Assembly: GCA_964016885.1 (NCBI GenBank)
Contig: OZ024748.1
Span: 1,054,001 to 1,118,000, forward strand
Reading direction: 5' to 3'
Length of the DNA stretch: 64,000 nt
Source of the DNA: Eledone cirrhosa
Lineage: Eukaryota
The position numbers and the translations under genes are program-made. Positions 13,683 through 27,960 of the stretch are shown here, one piece after another (the first letter of the stretch is position 1; each line of letters starts with the position of its first letter). Under the pieces are notes generated by a model, which was not told the DNA's origin, did not search any database, and was given only the letters and a program-made list of their open reading frames with translations.

Positions 13683-14140
13683 CACACACACACATACACA
13701 CACACACATACATGCTAGGACATAGTCCAGAAATGACCATACATGGACAACATCTGAGAACACTGATCCTGGAGGAATTAGCACAGCATAGATATTACAT
13801 AAAGGTTTTTATAAAAACCACAATTGAGGTAATGGAAAAACGCACAAATTAAAAGCACTAACGGTAACCAAGCATAAGTTTTATAAAAATGACAATTGCA
13901 CTAATGGAAAAACACACAAAAAACACTGCAGGTAGCCGAGTCACATAGAGCAGCGCTCGATTGTGCCGTGTTAATAGCACAGGTTTTATAAAAATGACAA
14001 TTGAGCTAATGGAAAAACACACCCTGACAAAACATTCCATTAAGCTAAATCTCAGAGGGCGGAACTAGATTGTGAACTTTTCATTGGACACGTATTAAAA
14101 TTAAGACAGTTGATATGCAATGAAACGATTGGCCACTTAC

Positions 14141-14306
14141 CGACTAAATCAGCTGAATTATTTACAAAATTAACAAAGCTTTGTTTAATGGAATCTCTGA
14201 AATCCTGCATAGACGGCACTCCTGTGTACATCCGGCAATAATCTGGTTTCAACTTTCCGATGGTCACTTCACACCCAGGCCAATGGTAGAAATGACTAGT
14301 CTTGTT
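14141..14306 (-). CDS. ENPP6: ENPP6-like exon (NKTSHFYHWPGCEVTIGKLKPDYCRMY...SADLV)
   Basis: ttgtag/gtaagt splice sites; 166 bp, phase 0 to 1; WPGCEVxIxxxxPxYC matches vertebrate ENPP6. Confidence 0.92.
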
Positions 14307-14419
14307 CTACAACAAAATTATTAAATAATAATACTAATAATAACATATGCTACACACACGCACGCACGCACATATCAGTTCCCGTCCCACCCTTGCAAGC
14401 AGGGAAAAGTGGACGTAAA

Positions 14420-14451
<32 letters not shown>

Positions 14452-14515
14452 ATATATATATATATATATATAGCATATCTACATATATATACACATGTAT
14501 GTATAAAAATATATA

Positions 14516-14577
<62 letters not shown>

Positions 14578-14585
14578 TACATATT

Positions 14586-14629
<44 letters not shown>

Positions 14630-14731
14630 TGTATATATAGTGTATTTTGTAATACACTGTATGCTTAATTAAAAGCATTTTGAAGACCATACGCTATTGT
14701 TTTAAAGTAGTGACAATGTCACTTATTTAAA

Positions 14732-14822
14732 TTTTCAGCAAACAGGGGAGATAAACTGACAGAGCTGTTTCGTACTTTTTGGTACTTATCAAAGCTCACT
14801 ACTCCTCCTGTTTGCTGAAAAG
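14732..14822 (-). ncRNA. Hammerhead-like motif with U3:A8 core (UUGAUAA) and extended stem I
   Basis: gagct-TTGATAA-GTAC caaaaa GTAC-GAAA-CAG ct CTG-TC-agttt, closed by ttttcagcaaacagg/cctgtttgctgaaaa. Confidence 0.65.
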
Positions 14823-14868
14823 TATGTGTGTTGGATTCTTATAGAATTCCAGTAATAATCAGAAACTG

Positions 14869-14960
<92 letters not shown>

Positions 14961-15124
14961 TACATATTTTTATACATATATATACATCTGTATATTTACA
15001 CACACATACTGTTATGGCCATTTATATTTCATTAAATGAATAATCCATCATCACGATATAACTCGCTACGAAATCTGTACAGAAGAATTAATAATGATAC
15101 ACTGAAAAGGGAGACAACTCTCAC

Positions 15125-15273
15125 CTGTCGTTTAGCAGTTATCCACAAGGGGTCACCATCATCCCACCAGTAACTGTCGTATTGCTCTGGATTTGTACCT
15201 ATCAAAAACTCAGTGTTATGTTTTGGATCGTACATTTTATTGTCGATAAATCCATGATCTTCGGAATATAAAC
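15125..15273 (-). CDS. ENPP6: ENPP6-like phosphodiesterase, first visible coding exon ([17 protein letters not shown]...[15 protein letters not shown])
   Basis: tttcag acceptor and gtgaga donor; matches the NPP motif TGxxxExHxxxxNxMxDP and WW...PLW; ends in phase 0. Confidence 0.9.
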
Positions 15274-15358
15274 CTGAAAAATATAGAACAATACATCATG
15301 ACATACATACGTACGTATATATATATATTTACAAACATATATATATATATCCATGTAT

Positions 15359-15531
<173 letters not shown>

Positions 15532-15707
15532 GGTGGGTGTGTGTGTGTGTGTGTGTGTATGTGTGTGTATGTGTGTGTGTATGTGTGTGTGTATGTGTGT
15601 GTATGTGTGTCTTTATGTGAGTGTGTGTATCCCTACTTCAATCGGGGGCTTTCCCGATGATTTCCTTCGAATGAAAGAGTTCTAGGCCTGTAGAAGCCAT
15701 TTCCATG

Positions 15708-15766
<59 letters not shown>

Positions 15767-15975
15767 ATATATAATGTAAATAATTGTATATATATATATA
15801 TATATATGGTATATAATTGTTTATTCTATATAGTCTTATATACAACATAAATATATAGGGATTTGTAATTTAGTTATCAGTCTCTGTTCGCATAGTTTTC
15901 ACACACAGACACGCACAAATATGGACTTATATACACATGTCGACCGAATTATATGTGCGTTTATATATATGTATG

Positions 15976-16006
<31 letters not shown>

Positions 16007-16028
16007 CTGTGTGTGTATGTATATACGC

Positions 16029-16070
<42 letters not shown>

Positions 16071-16107
16071 ATATATACATATACATATATATATATATAT
16101 ATATATA

Positions 16108-16267
16108 GGAAAATCTGCTTCGTAGAATCGAGACGTATCCGAGGACCACGCGATTTCAGAGTCAGGTTTGATCACCATATCGATCGTAACTCGAGCTGGT
16201 CACCCGAGAAACGATTGTAATATGTCTATTAAATTCCTTTCGTCGCAACACTGATTCTCTTTTTTCT

Positions 16268-16272
<5 letters not shown>
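16108..16272 (+). mobile_element. Penelope-type terminal fragment with long-stem-II hammerhead (CCGAGGA 16139, GAAA 16208) inside (TA)n
   Basis: Homologous to 33632-33800; stem I gacgtat/atatgtc. Confidence 0.65.
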
Positions 16273-16347
<75 letters not shown>

Positions 16348-16577
16348 AACATATAGTTAGGTTGAAATGTAGAATGTAGGTAAACACTGAATTATCTCTT
16401 TTCTTAAAATTCAGTTTTGCAAATAATAAACCGAATCAAGTCAGTTGTAGTGTTTCTTGCAAACAATCGTTTCGACCAAATATTGCTATTTAGATTAAGA
16501 CCAACGTATTTCTCCACAAACCACAAAACACTAGGTAAATATAATTAGTATATTATTATAGAAACACTCACACAGAG

Positions 16578-16779
<202 letters not shown>

Positions 16780-16791
16780 GTAGATATATAT

Positions 16792-16822
<31 letters not shown>

Positions 16823-17215
16823 ATAAGGGTTGACGGACCCAGCATATTTATCAATGCCAGTACCGGTTGTATCTCAGCGCACTCAATGGGCAATGTAAGA
16901 TACATTCCCAGAGTATACACATAGTTATTTGCCTCAACACAACACACGTAAAACGGGTGCCTATAAGGTTCCCGGTCTCGAGTTTCTGCCGCACTAATGC
17001 AGCAGTAAGGTGTACCGCACCATCTGTCTGCATATATTATGCAACAATGCACAATCGGTTTATGCGGCTTCATCAGCGGGTATCGCCTAATCAATAACCA
17101 ATCGTTCGACAGAATCCAAACACCGGCCCATGCCGGTCATGACTGTTTGTGACAACCGACACTGTAAAGCGATTAGCAACTGACAATCGATAGGACTCTA
17201 TCTCTCAACTAGCCA

Positions 17216-17331
<116 letters not shown>

Positions 17332-17352
17332 CATACATATATATATATATAC

Positions 17353-17385
<33 letters not shown>

Positions 17386-17439
17386 TATATACGTACACAC
17401 ACACATATATATACACACACACACAATATATATATATAT

Positions 17440-17469
17440 AAGTGTTAAACTAATATATTTCTTTCTTCC

Positions 17470-17529
<60 letters not shown>

Positions 17530-17625
17530 GGAAGAAAGAAATATATTAGTTTAACACTTGAAATAGGAGGAAGAGAGTTTAACATTTAGGACACTAGTCC
17601 TTCATCAGGGTTAGAAATAGAAGAT
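17440..17625 (-). mobile_element. Penelope-type end with degenerate hammerhead (CTGATGA-aggac/gtcc-TAAA) and inverted arms around (TA)n
   Basis: Same family as 56980-57050. Confidence 0.6.
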
Positions 17626-17733
17626 AAATAGAAAGTAAAGAGTGATGAGAGGAAGGAAGAGGGGGAAGGTGAGGTGAGGAATGGGGGAGAAAAAACACGT
17701 GCGTATTCACGTCTAGAATAAGAAGCAGATATT

Positions 17734-18030
17734 GCAATAGCCTGGGGTTCAAAGGCCCTCAACTCTTCAACAAGTTGCCAAGAAATTTGAGACATCTGCA
17801 TGGTGTGGACGTGGATGTTTTCAAGAAACATCTCGACACCCTGCTATCCAGGATAACGGATGAGCCCACGGCACGGTACGAAGGTAACCTAAGGGCGGCA
17901 GCAACGTACTCCCTCTTAGACCCATGGCCAGCCAACACAGGCTGGAGATAGAATGTGTAGTAACAAGGGCGGTGCCCCAACATGGCCTCACTCGGATTGC
18001 TGGAACAGGTAAAAGAGTAAAAGAGTAATG
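17734..18030 (+). mobile_element. CR1-like LINE 3' fragment
   Basis: Translates as SLGFKGPQLFNKLPRNLRHLHGVDVDVFKKHLDTLLSRITDEP...RAAATYSLLD, a typical CR1 ORF2 C-terminus. Confidence 0.7.
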
Positions 18031-18103
<73 letters not shown>

Positions 18104-18204
18104 TGTATATATGTGTGTGTGTGTGTGCGTGTGCGTATAATATAAAACTAATTATATTTTTGTGTGTGTATTTGTGAGTGTATATATATATGTATAAATA
18201 TATA

Positions 18205-18402
18205 CGAGGCTTAGCTGAAAAGTTCATAGGCTGACTATGAAGGAGTGATGCTAGAGCTGTGAAATCTTGCATGCATTAATTGCAACTCTTCTTATTAATA
18301 ACTGCATTGTTTCTTTCCAGGGACTATGTTGAAAAATATACCTCATTTGGTCATTCCATGAGAGTATCTTGGTCAGCCTATGAACTTCTCAGCGTACCCT
18401 CG
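18205..18402. mobile_element. Mariner-derived MITE
   Basis: TIRs cgaggcttagctgaaaagttcataggctgac / gtcagcctatgaacttctcagcgtaccctcg, with TA on both sides. Confidence 0.8.
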
Positions 18403-18671
18403 TATAAATATATTAGTAGTAGCACTAACACAGCGTAGTTCACATTTGCGGTCTATATAAAGGTAAATGGGATATGTTTGCATATAACAAACATACAAGA
18501 GTCTTGCAACGAAGCTATCCCAGTACGTGGAGACTCTGCTCAAGGTTACACGTTTATAGAAGATAGGAAATGTGTACGTGTATGTGAGTATGTAAGTGTG
18601 TGTGTATGTGTGTTTACGTGTACGTATATGTGTATGTGTGTGAGTATACGTGTATGAGTATGTGAATCTAT

Positions 18672-18729
<58 letters not shown>

Positions 18730-19288
18730 TTGTGTGTTATGTGGCGTTTATGCATTTCTCAAACGTATCATGTTCAGTCATTATCATTGACATGAAGTGT
18801 TTAACACATCCGGGTATGGAAAAGCGGGTCACGGACTTAGTTGTCCTCAATAAATAACAGACCGTAATAACTAACTACAGAGGATTCTTTTTGTTGATCA
18901 TTAAGTTAAAACTATAATACAATACAATACAACACATTAACAGTACAATAGAAGAAGAAACAACACGTAAAACAAAGCTAACACTAAAACAAAGCTAACA
19001 AGGACAAGATGGCGGAAACGTTGGAAGATTGAAGAAAATTTAAGCAGACGATAGAACAGAAGCAAGCGGAAGGAAGGTGGCTGGCTGTTAGATTAGGCGT
19101 TGAATTGATCCAGCTATTTAGAGATAGATTAATTCTAGAAAATAAGCAGGCCATGGAAAGATAAGATAGTAAACAATAGTTTAAATTGAGCCTTAAGACC
19201 ATGTTGGCGGTTGGATGGGGCTGTAGTTGGTTTGTTGTACATTGAAATTAGAACAACGTGTGGAAGGTGTGTGTGTGTGAGTGTGAAG

Positions 19289-19377
<89 letters not shown>

Positions 19378-19463
19378 TATATATATACATATATATATAC
19401 ATATATATATATATGTGTGTGTATGTGAGTATGTATACATATACTCATATATAATATACATAT

Positions 19464-19508
<45 letters not shown>

Positions 19509-19596
19509 ATGTGTTTCTGTGTGTAAAAAAGAGTGTGAGAGAGAGTGGATGTGTGTGTGCGTGTGTGCGTGTGTGTGTGTGTGTGTGTGCGTGTAA

Positions 19597-19665
<69 letters not shown>

Positions 19666-19745
19666 TTCAATAGATAACTAGATAACTAGATAACTACATA
19701 GATAAGTAGAAGACTGAAGGAGGTATTTTGTGGTCGAGAATAAGG

Positions 19746-19812
<67 letters not shown>

Positions 19813-20353
19813 ACCAACAAATCACACACACACACATACAACAACCCCTGTATTACAATTGCGATAAAATCTCTGTCTAAAAGATAAATATATAGAGTGA
19901 GGTAGATGGTGTAATTTGGTGGCGGTGTCTTCTTGTTTGTCTCTGCTATATACTAAATAGCATTAATTAGTTGATAGCTAATCAGCAGTTAATGAGTGTG
20001 TCGTTGTTGTAGTTATGTTGAATACAACAAGAACAAGAAGTAGATGATGATGGGTGAAAGGAAGGGGGAGGGGGAGGGGTTATAGGAGGAGACACAGGAC
20101 AAGAGAGAAGTATCTCACTAATCGTTGTCGTCTGTCTACGAAATGGACGTGTAAGTGTGTGTATGCGTATATGTGAGTGTGTATATATATATATGTGTGT
20201 GTGTATGTATGTGTGTGTATGTGTGAGTCTGTGTGTGTGTGTGTGTGTATATATATATGTGTGTGTGTGTGTATGTATGTGTGTGCACTGAAAACGGAAC
20301 TTTATACCTCGGTCTACTCATCACCCAGCTACTCACCCCCCCCCATACATACA

Positions 20354-20389
<36 letters not shown>

Positions 20390-20451
20390 TATATACGTGT
20401 GTGTATCAATCCTATAGGAATTGGAAGATAGCAAGATAGGTGTTCACACAT

Positions 20452-20626
20452 GTTGATGAATTTCAATATTTGGTAAGATCAATATCGGAAGATGTGAGAT
20501 CAAAGAGAGATTTAAAATGGCGACTCAGTAGCACTGCAGCAGCTCAAGCAATAGTAAACCCTGTTTGAAAAAAAGAAAAGGTTTCAATAACAATAAAAAT
20601 TCTTTTTCTAAGGACAATAGTAATTT
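20452..20626 (+). pseudogene. Decayed RTE-like reverse transcriptase fragment
   Basis: VDEFQYLVRSISEDVRSKRDLKWRL...NPV*KKEKVSITIKILFLRTIV resembles the FxYLG region and what follows. Confidence 0.6.
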
Positions 20627-20969
20627 GAAATGTAGTGCAAGGGTGTATCTAGTGGTTAATGGACGTTATATAAAACGAGGAAGAAAAAAATTATACCTTT
20701 TGAAATAGAATGTTACAGAAGCCACCATTAATGTCTACTAGGTAACCTCCTAGGGCGTAGACCTCAACGAGGTGCATTACTGAACCTTAAACAATCGCAG
20801 TTTAGTACTAATGTGTATAATCAATTCAAATATATAATTATTCTAAATACTCTCCACCCGCTTATTAATTTTTTAGAATTTTTTTAGATATTTTTTTAGA
20901 TTTTTTTAAAATTGAATTTTGGTTATTTATCTCCGGCAAAATTTTATTTAAATATATAATTATTTCAAA

Positions 20970-21280
20970 TACTCTCAAGTCTTGAATAATCGTCTCTACT
21001 CGCTATTTGTTAATTTTTCAGATATTTTTCCACCAAAACCCAGCCCGCCCCGCTTATTAAATTTTACTTATCTATCTCCGGTGAAATTTTATTGTAAGTG
21101 ATTCATATCGATAGTGCAGCTGGAGAATCTAATAATTATTTTATTTTACATAAAAAAAAAACATATTATATATGACAAAAAAAAAAAGAACATTACAAGA
21201 AATCCCATATTTAAGAACATACACTATACAATTACCGATCCCACCCCCAGTTTATTCCAACAACCCCGCTTATAAGAATT
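20970..21280 (+). repeat. Dispersed repeat; inverted copy at ~38700-38990
   Basis: tactctcaagtcttgaataat...cagctggagaatctaataat matches the reverse complement of 38810-38987. Confidence 0.7.
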
Positions 21281-21508
21281 TAAACAAATATCCATTGCGA
21301 GCAGAAACAGTAACGTGAATCGCGTTTAGCCATTAAACTATAGCGCCTCTGACAACTGCTACGTCTTTTGGTAAAGGAACCAAATAAATATATATATATT
21401 TTTTTAAAAATAAGACTCCAGTTGCATTTTCGATTTCATCTCTTTTTCTTTATACTTTCACTCGTGTAGGACACCTCGCTTATTTTTCATTTTGTAAAAG
21501 AACCTCAC

Positions 21509-21614
<106 letters not shown>

Positions 21615-22039
21615 ATATATATGTATGTATATATATATACCTTTCTATACCTTTCATTTATATATATGTATATATATATATATGTTATATATATATATAT
21701 AAATATATATATGTAAATATATATATAAAATATATATAATAAATATATATATATATATTATATATAATATAAATATATATATATATGTGTGTGTGTAGAT
21801 ATTTTTACATAAATATTTATATATAACTGGATGTGTAGATATGAATAATGATATAGCGACATTGTTCAGGAATACTTCACTGCAATGTGTATATCTCAGT
21901 GTAGGTAAAATCTTTATGATCCTACCTTAATAGAATTTATTTATTAAACTGAAAAAGGCAGGTGTTGTATGATGAGACACTTTAGGTTCACCTCTACAGC
22001 ACAGGGAATGTGTAACCAGTGGAATGTATCAAATTCTTC

Positions 22040-22635
22040 GTATCACAGCTTTGGAGCCTGTTGTTAATGGATATATAAACACCCTCACAGTAAAATATTA
22101 GACTCTTATATGAGTTTAACACCTTCACTACAGATTATTGAGCTTGGTTATTAGTGTTATATGTCAGCATCTTCACAGCACACCGTTGGAGTAAGTTTTG
22201 ACAGCACAGAATTGAGCTCTGCTATTAATGGTATAAGAACACCTTCACAGAACACCATTGGAGTATATTTTCACAGCACAGAACTGAGCTCAGCTATGAA
22301 TGGTATAAGAAAACCTTCACATCACGGAGTTGAGCTCTGCTATCATTTACAGCACAAGATTGATCATTGCTAATAGTGGATATATCAAGACTTTCACAAC
22401 CCAAGGTTGAGCTCTGCTATTAATTGGCATATCAAGCCGTTCAAAACGTTGGGGTTGAATTCTGCTACTAATGGGTGCATCAAGATTGAGCTCTGCTAAT
22501 AATAGGTATATGATGGTTGAGCTCTGATAATAAGGGATCTATCGACGTTGACCTTTGCTGCTAATGGGTATATAAAAGTTGAGCTCTGAGAATAATCGAT
22601 ATATCAATGTTGAGCTCTATTAATAATGGATGTAT
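22040..22635. repeat. Degenerate tandem repeat built on ttgagctctgctattaatgg
   Basis: The motif recurs more than 10 times with shrinking spacing. Confidence 0.75.
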
Positions 22636-22641
22636 CAAGAC

Positions 22642-23190
22642 AGCTGTGACTGTAACTGTGACTGTAGCTATGACTACAACTGTGACTGTAGCTATGACTA
22701 CAACTGTGACTGTAGCTATGACTACAATAGTGACTGTAACTATAACAACAACTGTGACTATAACTGTGACTGTAACTGTAGCTATGACTGCAACTGTGAC
22801 TGTAGCTATGACTATAACTGTGACTGTAACTGTGACTGTAGCTATGACTACAACTGTGACTGTAGCTATGACTACAACTGTGACTGTAGCTATGAATACA
22901 ACTGTGACTGTAACTGTGACTGTAGCTATGACTACAACAGTGACTGTAGCTATGACTACAACTGTGACTGAGCTATGGCTACAACTGTGACTGTAGCTAT
23001 GACTACAACTGTGACTGTAGCTATGACTACAATAGTGACTGTAACTATAACAACAACTGTGACTGTGACTGTAACTGTGACTGTAGCTATGACTACAACT
23101 GTGACTGTAACTGTGACTGTAGCTATGACTACAACTGTGACTGTAGCTATGACTACAATTGTGACTGTAGCTATGGCTACAACTGTGATT
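22642..23190. repeat. Minisatellite (ACTGTGACTGTAGCTATGACTACA)n
   Basis: 24-bp unit composed of 6-bp subunits. Confidence 0.9.
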
Positions 23191-24045
23191 GAACACTATG
23201 ATTGGCAGACGACAGTAATGACTTCAGAAATCCGGTCATTTCATACGTCAACAGTTTCATCAACGGAACAATAAGTGATGAGGCGAGATAACAATACTTT
23301 GGTTATTCCTTGAAACGGTGCCACGTGGGATTCATTTACAGATTTTCTTGTGATTATTCGATATTCCGTCACGAAAATTTAATGATTAAATCAAGTTGAA
23401 CGATCTGCTCGCTCTTCAGAGAAGTCGTTAATGTTGATCTCTCACGTGACCTATGAAATATTCTCTCAGTCATCGCCGTTGACAGTTTTGTTCGGTCGGC
23501 TATTTAATGGACGGGACTTTAACGGCTTTCCTATTCTTCAAAGAATTCAGAATTTATTAATTATTTGTAGCGATTTATCAATGAAAGATTCTTAACATCG
23601 TCTTATAATTTAATTTTGCAGCGTTTAAGAAGACACTTTTAATTTCCACGTTATTAGTTCTATTTAAGGTTAAACCCTCAGATAAGGCAGCGTGTAGGTA
23701 GAGTCATTAAAACCTCACTTAGAATCTTTTGTGATATTCGTTCCAGCTTTCTCTGCTCTCTCAGTTCAAATTAGGAAGAGGCTATGTAGCCGGTCCCGGT
23801 AAAATAGACTCCCAGGCTATGTAGCCAGTAAGAGTTTCAGACACTATGAGTTGAAGCCTTTTACGGTCTGAATTAAGATAATTTGAAATCTTTTCCACCA
23901 TCAATTGTTAAAAAACAAGTTAAAATCATTTAGTCGTCAATTTGTAACGTCGTTACACTTTAGTTACATACTCTCTCTCTCACACACACACACACACATC
24001 TACACGTAAATACATAAACAGATACAGACAACAGAAATGAAAACC

Positions 24046-24138
<93 letters not shown>

Positions 24139-24920
24139 CTACAGGTAAATACATAAACATATACAGACAACAGAAGTGCAAACCTACATGCACACATCTA
24201 CTCATACATATTCATAAATAGGGACATTATACAAAATAATTATTACATACACATACATCTATGAATGATTGAGGAAGGAAGGGGCTGGTGAAACGCTATA
24301 GCGATATGTGTGTTGCGTTCCTTTCTGGTTTACCAGCTACATAGCCTATTCGGTCAAATTAACTTTGTCATTTTCATTTTTGTGAGATCGATAAAAAATA
24401 AATACCAGTGCCATACTAGGGTCGATCTTTACATTATATCTCCCACTCTCTCACGCTCGCTCTCTCTCCCCCACTTCCTCTCTTTCTTATACTTTCTCTC
24501 TCTCCCCTCACTCACCCCTCGCTCTCTTTCTCCCCCCTCTCTCTCTTTCTCTCTTTCTCTCTCTCCCCCTCTCTCTTCCTCCCCCATCCCCCCACACTTT
24601 CCCTATCTCTGGAAGAAATGAGCTGTGGTCAGACACAGAGAGGAGTATGGACACCACCAGGGTTCTAATGACCAAAATAATGTCATATTTGGGAGTTACG
24701 GGTGGATAGATAGATCCATTCATTTATATATATAAACATACATATATACATATATACATATATACATATATACATGCATACATACGTATGTATTAATATA
24801 CATGCATACATATATACATGCATACATATAAACATACATATATATATATATATATACATACATATATACATACATACATATATACATACATATAAACATA
24901 CATACATACATACATACATA

Positions 24921-26090
24921 GTATGAAACAGATAAGATCATGAGAGTCGGGAAGGAACTCCTCGAGAGATATTCCCTGTGTGATAATCAAAAACTCACAC
25001 CCAGGGATGTCGCTCAGCAGTGTCGCAGTGAATCCATGGATGAAAAACTGCATGCTTATCAGCCAAAAATCACGCATGGATATGTTGCTAGGAAGCTCCA
25101 GAGTGAGAGTAATATAGATAAGGAAAGTAGTCTATCTTGGACCAACAACCGCTATATTGGCTCCCACTTTGAAGGATACGCTTTTGCAATCCAAGAACAG
25201 GAGATTAACACGAAATACCTGATTCACAAAAGAGATAGGGATGCAGGCAAAACACCTAGATGTGATAGCAAGTGCAGACTCTGCAGAATTAACATCGAAG
25301 ATGTCACCCATGTCATCAGCAGCTTTCCAAAGACGTCATCGCGATACTATCTACCTATGAGGCATGATGTAGTGGCCAAAACACTGTACAATGCAGTTCG
25401 TAAAAAAGATAGCCCGATAATATACACATTAAAAGCTACAGCAATGTGGAAGACGTCCATGTACATAATATGAAAGAGTACTGGTGGAATGTTCCAGTAA
25501 AAACCCCAATAAAATGCAGGCATAACAGACCAGATATTATGATATGGGACAGGGAGAAGAAACCATGCACAGTAGTGGAAATTAGCTGCCCAGCAGATGC
25601 CAATATAATATCAAAGATTAGCGAAAAGAAGAATATTTATGCAGAACTGATGAGAAATCTGCAGATACTCCACCCTGATTACACCTTTACATTTATACCT
25701 GTGATTATTGGGGCACTGGGATATGTTAGTAACTGCCTCAATACAAATCTCCAGAAGCTAGGCTTCATAGGAACAGAAAGAACACAACTAGTTAGCAAAT
25801 TACAAGTACAATCCATTAATGGAACAGTAAAAATATGTAAAACATTCCAAAAATTGTGCATCTAATAACTGCATATACACATGTACAGATACAAAGCATA
25901 TACACATGCACACATACAACTCAAAACATACACATCCACTCATACAATAACATCCATATCTACACATGCATGCAGACATACATATCTACCTAGTTGATGT
26001 GTAAATTCCAATGAGAGAGTCTTGTGTCTATGTTAGAAACCGACTCTCTCTCTATTGGTAAAACTTTGTGAAATTATAAAACCAGAAGAA
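24921..26090 (+). mobile_element. 5'-truncated Dong/R4-type RLE LINE, frameshifted, inside (CATA)n
   Basis: AIQEQ...CRLC...H...RHD...WWN...RPDI...VEISCP...K; 3' UTR ends in (CATA)n. Confidence 0.85.
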
Positions 26091-26096
26091 CATACA

Positions 26097-26128
<32 letters not shown>

Positions 26129-26188
26129 AACATACATACATTCATATATACATACATTCATACATATAAACATACATACATACATATA

Positions 26189-26221
<33 letters not shown>

Positions 26222-26230
<9 letters not shown>

Positions 26231-26630
26231 TAAACAAATAATGAATAAACAATTCCTTATATTAAACAAAAAAAGTTCATTATTTAACGATCGTTTCTAG
26301 GATATATATGTGTTATAATTGGTATGCATATTCAACAGATCTATGTACAAAATTATACAAAATTATACAAATTATCAAGATTAAATATACATACCAAACA
26401 CATATATACGCCGTCTTCAGAAATATTATTTCTGAAGACGGCGTATATATGTGTTTGGTATGTATATTTAATCTTGATAATTTGTATAATTTTGTATAAT
26501 TTTGTACATAGATCTGTTGAATATGCATACCAATTATAACACATATATATCCTAGAAACGATCGTTAAATAATGAACTTTTTTTGTTTAATATAAGGAAT
26601 TGTTTATTCATTATTTGTTTAATATTTTAT
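26222..26630. repeat. Apparently perfect ~400-bp palindrome centred at 26426, with a hammerhead in each arm
   Basis: The ORF track shows near-identical peptides on both strands; the arms read as reverse complements. Confidence 0.92.
26425..26573 (+). ncRNA. Hammerhead motif with ~115-nt stem II
   Basis: attattt-CTGAAGA(26432)-tatatatgtgtt..tggtatgtatatt/aatatgcatacca..aacacatatata-GAAA(26555)-CGATCG-TTA-aataat. Confidence 0.7.
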
Positions 26631-26862
26631 CTTGACTCTGTATACCGTTTATCTTTCACCGAAAGTCGTTTTTCATTACATCTCTTCTTTCCATGATATC
26701 CGGAATACATTGAGTTCTTCATACGGATTGGACACTACCGTAAACTCTTGGTAGATTTATCTACATATATATATATATATATATATATACTATACACATT
26801 CATACATATAAACATACATATAAACATACATACATACATACATACATACATACATACATACA

Positions 26863-26894
<32 letters not shown>

Positions 26895-26996
26895 AACATA
26901 GATACATACACACATACATATTTTGGCACCAAATTTCATCGACTATTTATGGTGCATCGAGTCAATATTTTCGATATCGATATAAATTCATGTATA

Positions 26997-27066
<70 letters not shown>

Positions 27067-27420
27067 TTCATACATACATGCATAATACATCCATCCATCC
27101 ATCCATACATTCATACATACATACATACACACATGCGTACATACATACATACATACATACATACATACATACATACACACATACATGCATAATACATCCA
27201 TCCATCCATCCATACATACACACATACATACATACATACATACACACATACATACATCCGTCCATCCATCCATCCATACATACATACATACATACATACA
27301 TACATACATACATACATACATACATACATACATACACACATACATACATCCGTCCATCCATCCATCATCCATACATACATACATACATACATACATACAT
27401 ACATACATACATACATACAT

Positions 27421-27922
27421 TAGAATATATTGAAGACAGATGGCACTAAGGAATACTGGTGGAACCTGAAAATAAAAACTGCCACCAAATTAAAGCACAA
27501 CCGGCCTGATATTGTAGTTTGGGACCACACATTGAAAACGTGTTCTGTTGTGGAGATCAGCTGCCCACTTGATGTAAACGTTGTCAGAAAAATACAGGAG
27601 AAGGAGGACATCTACGGACCATTGCTGAGGAGTTTACAAATCCAATATCCAAGATACACCTTTAGCTTCATACCCATCATTATTGGTGCTACGGGTTATA
27701 TACCAACCCGCTTGGACCAAAGTATGACTGAACTTGGATTTGTGGACAAAAAGCGCAGCTCCCTAATTCATAGTCTACAAATGGCTACGATAGCTGGCAC
27801 CTTCAAAATTTGCAAAACATTCTTGCGATTCAAGGGATGACAATTTCTTTTCTTTTACAACCTTGCCACCAGGAAGGTGGCCGGTCAAAAAAAATATACT
27901 CGAAATTAAGAGAAAGAGAAAA
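27421..27922 (+). mobile_element. Second, distinct Dong/R4-type LINE 3' end inside (CATA)n
   Basis: KEYWWN...HNRPDIVVWD...VEISCP...KEDIY...IIIGATG RLE domain, flanked by (CATA)n. Confidence 0.85.
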
Positions 27923-27960
27923 CATACATACATACATACACACATACATACATATATAAT

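Noticed and set aside
15645-15690. CCGATGA...GAAA hammerhead-like string
   Set aside because: Stems are too weak and it occurs once; not counted.
19009-19165. Interrupted ORF faintly like a Gypsy gag start
   Set aside because: Early stop, no LTR and no other domains.
22561-23274. Cys-rich or antifreeze/mucin-like ORFs
   Set aside because: The minisatellite is open in several frames, with no gene context.
26308-26544. Near-identical ORFs on both strands
   Set aside because: A by-product of the palindrome, not coding.
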